From: a virus
Lineage: Duplodnaviria; Caudoviricetes
Length of the DNA stretch: 64,000 nt
Direction: 5' to 3' (one strand)
IMG/VR virus record: IMGVR_UViG_3300032295_003763
Span: 32,001 to 96,000 of that record
The notes beneath the pieces were generated by a model that did no database searches, was not told where the DNA came from, and saw nothing but the letters and a program-made list of their open reading frames with translations. The position numbers and the translations under genes were made by a program. This document shows positions 9,552-18,612 of this stretch, piece after piece (the stretch's first letter is position 1; the number at the start of each line of letters is the position of its first letter).

Positions 9552-12500
9552 ATGCCAAGCGTTTCTTTAAATAATTTAAGATTTTTTGATAAATCAGGTT
9601 CTGATATTAGCCCTATCATTTCAAATGATATTTGGACAGCTTCATTAAGAATACCTGATACTTCTGTTGGATTACATGAAGTTGCACATGTATTTATAGG
9701 TGAAGATGTAATAAACTCTTCAAATATAGTTACTAGAAGTGCTACAACTGTATTAAACTCCCCATTGGTCACTTTCACAAGCGGTACTACGAAAAATGTG
9801 AAAGCTGGTATGTGGATTCAAGGAAATAATATACCAACAGGTAGTTCTGTACAATCTGTAAAAAATCAAACACAAATATTTATAGATTCTGAACTAGGTG
9901 CAAGTGCTACAGGAAGCACTACATTAGAAATGCATCCCAAAAGATATGATTTGACATTTCCTAGAACTAATAATTCATCCAAGATCAGAGCAAGACTTGA
10001 ACAAGAATCTGAAATTTTTTATTTATTTGATGTTGCTTATGAAGAAACTTTACCTGTAATTAATAAAGTCAATTCATTTACTTTTAATCTAGATGATGGG
10101 AGTTCTGATACAGAATTGTTTAATCATAGAGAATTAAGTTCATCTGATATTAGAAAAGAACTTATTCAAATTAATATTGCATCCACTTCAAAAGTTGAAG
10201 GTGCTTATACAAGTACTCTCATTATAGAAGAAATAGATACAAATGAAAATGTTACAACATTAGCTCAAATTTCTCTAATTTTTGAATCAATAGGAGAAGA
10301 TGAAAGATTTAAGAGTATGTTGGAAAACTTCGGTAAATCAATAGATTCTAAAGAATATATCGCATTTAGAAATACTGATATAAAAGAAGATAAAGTTAAT
10401 TATAAAGAACTCAATACTAAGCGTAAAGAAATGCTACTTGCTGGTGGAGATATTTGGCCTTACTTGGGTTCTTATAAAGGTTTAATTAATGCTCTAAAGT
10501 ATTTTGGATATGGTGATTTGCGTTTAAAAGAATATTGGCTTAATGTAGACCAAAATTCTAAGAATGAAGGTAAGATGATCACTATGAATGTTCCTTTATC
10601 TTTAGATTATACTGACAAAGAATTTGAAGATTATAAACGTTTCATAAATGGAATAGTACCAAATCAGCCATCTAAGGTATTTAGAAAAACTGCAAAGTTT
10701 GGTTTATTTTATGATTTAAATAGAGATACAGGGGATTTTGATGAAGATGGTTTACCTATTACCGAAGATGTTTTCGAATTTACAAATGAAGAAATTCTTG
10801 TAAAACTTTTCAGTCTTAAAAATATATTAAAAGAAAAGTTTTTACCACTTAATGCGAGAATCGTTGATATCACTGGAGAAGGTGTATATTACGATAATAT
10901 AGGAATTAATACATGGAATATACCTACACCTACAATTCATGTAGATGTTGAAAAGGATTTAGAATTTGAGGCTTCACCTATTAGAGGATATTTAGAAGAT
11001 TTAACAAGCCAATTTACAAATAATTGTGATTTAACCATATCAACAAAACTATCTGAAAAAGCAGATATGGATGTTTTGGATTATGCGTATTGTATGATTG
11101 AAACAGAACTTGATGCAGATGGTAATCCAATAGTTGAAAAACATCCAAGATATGCTAGAAAAATTGGTTTTCAAACCACAATAACCAACCTTACAGATGA
11201 CTATGTTTGGGATGAATTAACTATGTCATGGGAAGAGGCTGGAGAAAGAACTTGGGATAATCTTCGTTATCAAGATTATCAAACTATGCGTTGGATTGTT
11301 AGGTCAGTAGAACGCAATGTAATAGTATATGATAAAGGAGGAGCTATCGGTGAACTCGATATTATTACTGTAACTTTACCATATCTCGGTTTTTATGATG
11401 TAACTTTAGAATTAGTTGATCACTTTAATTTCCCACATAGACAAACTAAGAGAAATTATATCGAAGTAAGACCTAAGGAAGCTGATATCTCTGCAATATT
11501 TAGGTCTCACGAGGTTTACGAAACTTGGGAAGAAATAGAAGACACAGAATCCGACCTAGCATTAGCGGATATGCATGGAACCTGGATGGATATTACAATA
11601 AATGAAGATACTACATGGACAGAAGTTGGAGATTTAACATGGGAAGCTGTAGATTTTAATAGATATTCAAATCAAGATAACCTATTCGATTATTTCGATG
11701 GTTCTTTAGTAAATAATTCTAACGAAAAGGTTGGACAAGTTTCAGGTATTGATCCAGATAAACAAATAGTAAAGGTTAAAGGATTTAATAACTCTCTTTT
11801 ACGCAATGCTAGACAACAAAATGCTTATTTTTTCAAAGACAGAAACAATTCAGATGTGCTTTTGTTAGATATTGTTGCAAATGCAGCTGGATCAGCATTT
11901 TCTGTTAAAACTTTTGATAATTATGATATCTTTTTCGTTTCAGCTAATGAGGGTTTCATTGCTGGTAAAAATGGAAAGTTGATGAGTACAAATAATGGTG
12001 GTTTAACTTGGGAAGCTGAAGATAGTGATACAGTAAATAATTTAAACTCTATTTATTTTACAAGTCCTAAAAACGGATGGATTGTAGGTAATTATGGTAC
12101 TGTTGTTAACTATAGGATTGACAACGATGGTATAAAGACTATAACCCCAAGATTTATAGCAGCATTAAAAAATTTGAATGGCGTTCATTTTATTGATGAA
12201 TCAACAGGCTATATCGCTGGAGATTCTACTATACTTAAAACTACCGACGGTGGAAACATTTGGAATACTGTTGCACCAAATTCATTTAACGAAATTGTAA
12301 ATGATATTTATTTCCCATCTTCAATTTTAGGTGTAATCGTTACTCAAAATGGAAAAATTTATAGAACTATAGATGGTGGAGAGAATTGGATAAATGTAGC
12401 GAGTTATAACGGTGCAATAACTAGTGTACATTTTTATGATAATCTTTACGGTTGGGCTGCATTTAGTGATGGGACTAACCATAAAGTTTTAAGAACTGTT

Positions 12501-15239
12501 AATGGTGGTCTTACTTGGACTGAAAATATAATACCTGTACCTTCAGATTCTATAAGATTTATCAGCAGGCAAGTAGGATATGCTTCAGGATTATTCACAT
12601 CGCCATCATCGTTTGGGGTTGTTTTGAGAACTCAAGATGGAGGGAGCACATGGCAAATACTCTATTCAAGTTCAGTAGAAATAGTCAATAAAGTATTCCC
12701 TATTAATTTTCAAACTATTTATGCCTGTGGTTTAAATGGTTCAATCATTAAAACAGTTAATGGTGGCGTAGGTCCTCTCCAATGGACAAGTCAAACAGCA
12801 AATCAGAAAGATTATTTCCCATTAGGTGATGAAAATAATGTATGGATAACTCAAGCTTATAATGGTACTATTTTTCAACATGAACAAGCTATTTTAGTTA
12901 TTAAACATACACCTAGTACAATTAATTGGTTGAATGAAAATACAATAATCACAACTTGGCCAGTAGGTTCTATTCAATCTGCAATCGATGCACGTTATAT
13001 ATTTTTCAATACAAATAATGGAAGAAAACAATTTACAATTAAATCCTCTAAATTATCAATAACAAATGAAGTCGAATTTACTTTAGATCAATATGTTTAT
13101 AATAATAATGAATATACTTCTGGTTTTGTAGTTCAACATTATTCATCTGTTGTTATTGATAATAAGCCTAAGTCTGAATCTGGAGGATTAAGAATACGAT
13201 GGTCTAACACTTGGACTGGAAGTATAGTTGATTTTCTTCAAAATATGATGATAATGCTAAGATTAGAGTCAAAGGATTTATATTGTAATGTTCTAGATAT
13301 GGAATTTATTGGCGATGAAGCAATATTAACTATGGATTATAGTTGTAATGTCATTAAAAAATTAGATCCTAATTACAACGTAGCATTAAAAGAATATGAT
13401 ATAGAACAAGCTAATACAAAAATGGGTACACTCAACCTTTCATGGGAGACTTTCTGTAAAGATGTAACATGGAATGATATGAGATCTAAAACTTGGAATG
13501 ATTTTGAATTTAATGGTTATTCTTATTGTTCTTTTGTTATTACAAAAGTTTCTCGCGGTGGAGTCATTAAAATAGACGATAAACACTTTTTCCAATTTCC
13601 TACAGAAGAAGTAAAAGAGCTAGAAGGTCAAATCACTCAAGGTAGTGGTTTTGTAACAGTTGGTACATATGAATTTACAGCCGAAACTGAAGCTGATAGT
13701 GTATATGTGTATGTAGATGATATTAAAGATTTAGTAGTCGGTATGCTTGTTACTGGTGGAGGTATTCAATCTGATACATTTATAGAAGCAATAGAAGATG
13801 AAACTCCTTATCACGCAAAACGTTTTAAAATGACAAAAAATGCAACCGCAACTGGAACAGCAAGCGTAATATGTTCTATCGTAAATGTTCTAACTATGGA
13901 ATTGGGCATGCAGGTGCATGGAGAGGGTATTGAGCCTGGATCTGTTATCACATATCTAGATGGTATCACCCCATATTATTACAATACATTCATCATGTCA
14001 TTACCAGCAACTCAAACTGGTTCAACTAAAATTAAGTTTTCAGCACCAAATCTAACATTGTTAGAAGCTGTGGATTATCTTAATAAAAGTGATGTAGAAG
14101 GTATCAAAGATTTTTATTATTCAGTCCCCCTCCTTGATGATGGTGTAACTTATGCTGATTTCATATTAGCACAAGCTAAAACCCCAGGAGTTTCTGGATT
14201 ACATTATTTTGAATTTTTATATGGCGTGGAATCCGATTGGGAAGATGATCCATCACACTCACATTCATATCCACTTGGTATAATGAAACAATGGACAAAA
14301 TCTGAAGCCGATGGTGGTGAACCTCTAGGTATAAATAATCCCCCACTATGGAATTATTTGTATTCTACATATTATGAATTTGGAGAATGGTTCCCAGTCC
14401 CAGAACTGCTTGGTGAATATTCTGAAGCTTTAGAATCTACCCGTGCTCTTTATACACAAGCATTAGATGGATCATTTAATTGGCAAGACACAAAAATTAA
14501 GAGATGGAAATCTAAAATAACACCAGGTACAACTGTATTCTTCAATTCATTTCCTTCCAGAATCGCTGGCATAAATAATCATGAATGGAAAATTTATGAC
14601 AATAGAAATCAACTTATGGCAAGTGTTAAAAATGAATTTCTTATTTGGACATTTTGTGAACCAGGTAACTATTCTATAGAATTACAAGTATCTGATATAG
14701 AAGATAATACTTATTTAGTAAGAAGAAATGGATTCGTAGAAGTGGAAAGTCCTGAAGTTATAAATCATTATTTACCTGGATTAGGTTGGTCACCACCAGA
14801 AATACCACCAAGTGCTCCAGTTCCTCCAGCTGTAACTCCACCTTTAGTGGTTGAACCTGAGCCTGCACCACCAGTGTACAGAAATACAAATACTGATACA
14901 CCACTAAAGTATGAATTTACTTTCAGTTATGTACCAGTACTTGCAACAGGTATCTATGGAAATACATTCGGGGTCGTGTGGCCAAGTCTTGAGATAAAAG
15001 CAGCTGCACTTACAGTAAAAGAATTTTATGTTGAATATAAGGATAATGGTGTAATAAAAACTAAAAAGTTTGATATTGAAAGAATAACCGTACCAGAAAA
15101 TTATCCGTTATTTACAATTTTTGAAGCCACTACTGAAAGTGTTCAAGAATATTACAACTTAAAAGAGTTTGGAACATTCTATGATGTTATCTTAACTGAA
15201 AGAACATATATTATCCCTAAATCAAATTTCAATCAATAA
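9552..15239 (+). CDS. Large multidomain baseplate-wedge/tail structural protein (Asp-box/YCF48-like propeller, PKD-like domains)
   Basis: GSYKGLINALKYFGY wedge-like motif; repeated T.[DN]GG..W Asp-boxes (about 11900-12800); three GM.[VI].G..I repeats; Trp-periodic TW.[DE] repeats; PKD-like FCEPGNYSIELQVSD; Pro-rich linker. Confidence 0.65.
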   Translation: MPSVSLNNLRFFDKSGSDISPIISNDIWTASLRIPDTSVGLHEVAHVFIGEDVINSSNIVTRSATTVLNSPLVTFTSGTTKNVKAGMWIQGNNIPTGSSVQSVKNQTQIFIDSELGASATGSTTLEMHPKRYDLTFPRTNNSSKIRARLEQESEIFYLFDVAYEETLPVINKVNSFTFNLDDGSSDTELFNHRELSSSDIRKELIQINIASTSKVEGAYTSTLIIEEIDTNENVTTLAQISLIFESIGEDERFKSMLENFGKSIDSKEYIAFRNTDIKEDKVNYKELNTKRKEMLLAGGDIWPYLGSYKGLINALKYFGYGDLRLKEYWLNVDQNSKNEGKMITMNVPLSLDYTDKEFEDYKRFINGIVPNQPSKVFRKTAKFGLFYDLNRDTGDFDEDGLPITEDVFEFTNEEILVKLFSLKNILKEKFLPLNARIVDITGEGVYYDNIGINTWNIPTPTIHVDVEKDLEFEASPIRGYLEDLTSQFTNNCDLTISTKLSEKADMDVLDYAYCMIETELDADGNPIVEKHPRYARKIGFQTTITNLTDDYVWDELTMSWEEAGERTWDNLRYQDYQTMRWIVRSVERNVIVYDKGGAIGELDIITVTLPYLGFYDVTLELVDHFNFPHRQTKRNYIEVRPKEADISAIFRSHEVYETWEEIEDTESDLALADMHGTWMDITINEDTTWTEVGDLTWEAVDFNRYSNQDNLFDYFDGSLVNNSNEKVGQVSGIDPDKQIVKVKGFNNSLLRNARQQNAYFFKDRNNSDVLLLDIVANAAGSAFSVKTFDNYDIFFVSANEGFIAGKNGKLMSTNNGGLTWEAEDSDTVNNLNSIYFTSPKNGWIVGNYGTVVNYRIDNDGIKTITPRFIAALKNLNGVHFIDESTGYIAGDSTILKTTDGGNIWNTVAPNSFNEIVNDIYFPSSILGVIVTQNGKIYRTIDGGENWINVASYNGAITSVHFYDNLYGWAAFSDGTNHKVLRTVNGGLTWTENIIPVPSDSIRFISRQVGYASGLFTSPSSFGVVLRTQDGGSTWQILYSSSVEIVNKVFPINFQTIYACGLNGSIIKTVNGGVGPLQWTSQTANQKDYFPLGDENNVWITQAYNGTIFQHEQAILVIKHTPSTINWLNENTIITTWPVGSIQSAIDARYIFFNTNNGRKQFTIKSSKLSITNEVEFTLDQYVYNNNEYTSGFVVQHYSSVVIDNKPKSESGGLRIRWSNTWTGSIVDFLQNMMIMLRLESKDLYCNVLDMEFIGDEAILTMDYSCNVIKKLDPNYNVALKEYDIEQANTKMGTLNLSWETFCKDVTWNDMRSKTWNDFEFNGYSYCSFVITKVSRGGVIKIDDKHFFQFPTEEVKELEGQITQGSGFVTVGTYEFTAETEADSVYVYVDDIKDLVVGMLVTGGGIQSDTFIEAIEDETPYHAKRFKMTKNATATGTASVICSIVNVLTMELGMQVHGEGIEPGSVITYLDGITPYYYNTFIMSLPATQTGSTKIKFSAPNLTLLEAVDYLNKSDVEGIKDFYYSVPLLDDGVTYADFILAQAKTPGVSGLHYFEFLYGVESDWEDDPSHSHSYPLGIMKQWTKSEADGGEPLGINNPPLWNYLYSTYYEFGEWFPVPELLGEYSEALESTRALYTQALDGSFNWQDTKIKRWKSKITPGTTVFFNSFPSRIAGINNHEWKIYDNRNQLMASVKNEFLIWTFCEPGNYSIELQVSDIEDNTYLVRRNGFVEVESPEVINHYLPGLGWSPPEIPPSAPVPPAVTPPLVVEPEPAPPVYRNTNTDTPLKYEFTFSYVPVLATGIYGNTFGVVWPSLEIKAAALTVKEFYVEYKDNGVIKTKKFDIERITVPENYPLFTIFEATTESVQEYYNLKEFGTFYDVILTERTYIIPKSNFNQ

Positions 15240-15805
15240 CCAAATAGATTGTGAAATGTCCAAGTATGTAAACTTGGAAATATAAACCAAAGTATAAGCC
15301 ACAATGTTAATCCTATGAAAGATATTGTGGCTAATTCTTTTCCAGTTGTATCTCTACCCATTATTCTGTTGTATATTCCCAGAGGTGTCCACCAAACCCA
15401 TGGCATATTTCCATAGCTATACAAATCATCTTGTTTTTTGAGTAAGTAATAAAATAAAACATCACACAATCCAATCCACCAAAGAATAATATAGCCAATA
15501 GTTACCCATATTAAACCACCTGAGACTGATGTTGCCAAAGCTGCTACAATATATTGATATGTCGTCTGATCAATCCTATATCGAACTATATTCATACGTT
15601 CTTCAGAATGTACTACACTTTCCCAGCCAATTGAATCAAACGCTGTAAATGACATAAGTGCATATGCAAGAATAAGAGGGGGATAAATTGGAGTAAAACT
15701 CGCATAAATTAAACCAAAAAGAGAAATCACAAGAGTTAAAAACGCATAATCTTTTGTGGCTAATTTTATAAAAAGCTCCATATCATTTGAGAAATCTTTA
15801 AACAT
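15233..15805 (-). CDS. Integral membrane protein
   Basis: About 4-5 hydrophobic segments. Confidence 0.65.
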   Translation of the reverse strand: MFKDFSNDMELFIKLATKDYAFLTLVISLFGLIYASFTPIYPPLILAYALMSFTAFDSIGWESVVHSEERMNIVRYRIDQTTYQYIVAALATSVSGGLIWVTIGYIILWWIGLCDVLFYYLLKKQDDLYSYGNMPWVWWTPLGIYNRIMGRDTTGKELATISFIGLTLWLILWFIFPSLHTWTFHNLFGY

Positions 15806-15835
15806 AAACTTTCCTTTTTAAAGTATATAGCTTAA

Positions 15836-16312
15836 TTAAAAAATTCTCTTTTTTAAAAATGTAGATATAATTAGGATATAAATTTTAAATAATGAATCCT
15901 TGTATGCAACCCCTATAAACGTTTTCCCAAATTTATCTTTAATAAGCCAACGTTTGCTATGTTCTAAAAGTATTTTTAAAGAATGCATATTACCATTTGC
16001 TGATGCAATATGCAGTGGAGTCATTCCTTTAGCATCTGCCCTATCTACTTCACACCCAAGATATATTAAACATTTTATTACATCGGGGTTATTTGAATAA
16101 GATGCATGATGTAAAAGATTAGAGCCATCGTCATCACAATGCACTAAATCTACCCCATTAATAGCTAAATTGTGAAGCTTCTCTACTAAATCCCCTTCTA
16201 GCATATTAAATAATAGAGTTCGTTGCTTTGCATCGTTTAAAGATTTCCAAAGATTCAAAAATTCGCCCACATTCGCTTTTGAATGTGGTATTTTACTGTT
16301 TCCGTCTGTCAT
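15836..16312 (-). CDS. Ankyrin-repeat protein
   Basis: GSNLLHHAS, GMTPLHIAS, FGKTFI; hydrophobic C-terminal tail. Confidence 0.85.
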   Translation of the reverse strand: MTDGNSKIPHSKANVGEFLNLWKSLNDAKQRTLLFNMLEGDLVEKLHNLAINGVDLVHCDDDGSNLLHHASYSNNPDVIKCLIYLGCEVDRADAKGMTPLHIASANGNMHSLKILLEHSKRWLIKDKFGKTFIGVAYKDSLFKIYILIISTFLKKRIF

Positions 16313-16316
16313 ATTA

Positions 16317-16628
16317 TCAGTTGGACCCTCTTGACTTCTTCAATCCATATTTTTTACGAACGTCTGGATTTTCTAATGAATATAGTATTATATCATACTC
16401 ACTAATCCTAAATGTCCCCCCCTTTACGCCAGACAATTTATACGAAATATCTCCATTCACTAAATTTCTTATTCGGGTTACAGTTCCAAAAGCAATTGAA
16501 TCTGTTTCCATCCCCCTACCTTTTGGAAAAACTTTTGCGAAAGTACCTACAAAAGGTATGTTGTTATCAGGTAAATTTCCTTGTACACCAATATAATCCG
16601 TACAGGATTCTGCGTTAGATTTGGGCAT
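16317..16628 (-). CDS. Hypothetical protein
   Basis: 103-aa ORF with AATATATA variant upstream (16655-16662). Confidence 0.6.
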   Translation of the reverse strand: MPKSNAESCTDYIGVQGNLPDNNIPFVGTFAKVFPKGRGMETDSIAFGTVTRIRNLVNGDISYKLSGVKGGTFRISEYDIILYSLENPDVRKKYGLKKSRGSN

Positions 16629-16770
16629 AAAGAGATTTCATTTTTAATATCTCTTATATATTTATTATCGTAAGTCTTTTTTTTATTATTTTGATAATAA
16701 ACTTCAAACATTTTCTCTATCATATTGTATAATATATTAGTAGTTTTCTAGTAAATTTAATAGACTTAAT

Positions 16771-18612
16771 ATGGATAAAATAGCCATAGTTGGGACAGGT
16801 TATGTTGGATTAGTAACTGGCTTGTGTTTAGCCGACAAGAATAATTCAGTCATTTGTGTGGATATAGACGAAGAAAAGATAAAAAGGCTAAAATGTGGGG
16901 AAAGTCCTATTTATGAGCCAGACTTAGAAATGCTTCTACAAAAATATATCTTAAATGGTAAAATAAGTTTCAGCACTGATTTAGAACTAGCTGTAAGAAA
17001 AAGCTGGTGTATATTTCTTTGTTTACCTACACCTTCAGATGAAGATGGATCAGCGGATTTGAAATATGTATTAAGAGCTTCCGAGGATATAGCAAATATA
17101 ATTGCACAACAAGGTGACAGGGAATTTCTTATTGTAAACAAATCGACAGTTCCCGTTGGAACCTCAGAAAAAATAAAAAATATATTTAAGTCTAAGGGTC
17201 TTTCAAAAGTTGTAGTTGCTTCAAACCCTGAATTTTTAAGAGAGGGATATGCGATTTACGATTTTATGAATCCAGACAGAATTGTCATAGGGACAGAAAA
17301 TGAATGGGCTAAAAAAGAATTTCTAGAATTATATTTACCATTTACTCATACAGATAAGAATATTTTGTTTATGGATGAAAAAAGCGCAGAGCTTACAAAA
17401 TATGCTTCTAATTCTTTCCTAGCTGTAAAAATATCATATATGAATGATTTAGCAAAGTTATGTGAAAGTATAGGTGCTGACATAGATTCAATTCGTTTAG
17501 GTATGGGACTCGATGAAAGGATAGGGGAAAAATTTTTATTTGCTGGTTTAGGCTACGGTGGTTCTTGTTTTATGCCAAATGAAACCATAAGTATCGTAAT
17601 CGATGGTGCATACAAGAAAATATCATTTGAAAATTTATGGAAAGAATTTGAAACTGAGGAAATCCAAAGAACCGAAAACTTCGAATTAATTAATCTAGAA
17701 AGTAAAGATTTTTATACATTAGGATTTGATTTCTTCAATTACGTTTCTGAAAACCAAAAGATTTATTATCTAACAAGAAGAAGTTACAATCAAAAGGTCC
17801 TTTCATATGAAACTAAAAATGGACACAAACAGATGCTAACATTAGATCACCCAGTGATTTTTAATGCAGAAAACAATATACCTACATTATGTTTAGCTAA
17901 AGATGTCAAAGTCGGTTTCGTGATCTACTCATTCAATGAAAATTCTATGCCCTCTAATTTCAATTTAGATGAGATTATAAAAGTAGAACATATAGATACA
18001 CCTACCGATATCGTTTATAGTATAGAAACTCAGAATGAAACAGTTATTACTGGAAACGGTATAGTTTCACATAATTGTTTTCCAAAAGATGTTAGAGCTA
18101 TTCTAAAAACTGGTTCAGATAATAACATAGATTTAAGTATAATTAAATCAGCTATGGAAATCAATCAGGAGCAACGGAATATTTTTATACATAACATAGA
18201 TCAAAAATTAAAAGAACTATCACTGGAAAGTCCAGAAATAGCAATTTGGGGCATTTCCTTTAAACCTAATACCGATGATATACGAGAAGCCCCTTCAATT
18301 GAGGTGATCGAACATTTATTAGATAAAGGTCTTAAAGTAAGGGCCTATGATCCGCAAGCTAAAGACATCCCATTCAATAAAAATAAAAACTTCCGTAGAA
18401 GCTCAAGTGTCCTTGAGTCTACGGAAGATGCTGATCTTTTAATTATATGTACAGAGTGGGAAGAATTTAAGAATATTGATTTGCAACAACTTAAATCTTC
18501 TATGCGAGGTTCTACCATAATCGATGGTAGAAATATTTGGGATTTAGAGCATATGCAAAACTCTGGACTTAATTATATTTCTATCGGAAGAAAAGAAATT
18601 AAGAAATCTTAA
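16771..18612 (+). CDS. ugd: UDP-glucose 6-dehydrogenase, intein-containing
   Basis: GTGYVG Rossmann motif, KSTVPVGT, SNPEFLREG, GYGGS|CFPKD, FKPNTDDIREAPS, IIDGRN. Confidence 0.95.
   Translation: MDKIAIVGTGYVGLVTGLCLADKNNSVICVDIDEEKIKRLKCGESPIYEPDLEMLLQKYILNGKISFSTDLELAVRKSWCIFLCLPTPSDEDGSADLKYVLRASEDIANIIAQQGDREFLIVNKSTVPVGTSEKIKNIFKSKGLSKVVVASNPEFLREGYAIYDFMNPDRIVIGTENEWAKKEFLELYLPFTHTDKNILFMDEKSAELTKYASNSFLAVKISYMNDLAKLCESIGADIDSIRLGMGLDERIGEKFLFAGLGYGGSCFMPNETISIVIDGAYKKISFENLWKEFETEEIQRTENFELINLESKDFYTLGFDFFNYVSENQKIYYLTRRSYNQKVLSYETKNGHKQMLTLDHPVIFNAENNIPTLCLAKDVKVGFVIYSFNENSMPSNFNLDEIIKVEHIDTPTDIVYSIETQNETVITGNGIVSHNCFPKDVRAILKTGSDNNIDLSIIKSAMEINQEQRNIFIHNIDQKLKELSLESPEIAIWGISFKPNTDDIREAPSIEVIEHLLDKGLKVRAYDPQAKDIPFNKNKNFRRSSSVLESTEDADLLIICTEWEEFKNIDLQQLKSSMRGSTIIDGRNIWDLEHMQNSGLNYISIGRKEIKKS
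17566..18075 (+). mobile_element. Mini-intein (170 aa, residues C266-N435) in UDP-glucose dehydrogenase
   Basis: Starts CFMPNE, has block B LTLDHPV, ends VYSIET...GIVSHN followed by C(+1). Removing it restores GGSCFPKD. Too short for a homing endonuclease. Confidence 0.93.

Noticed and set aside
15233-15805. Holin call for the membrane protein
   Set aside because: Multi-pass and hydrophobic, but not adjacent to a lysin and no family motif recognised.
17566-18075. Homing endonuclease inside the intein
   Set aside because: Only 170 aa, with no LAGLIDADG or HNH motifs.
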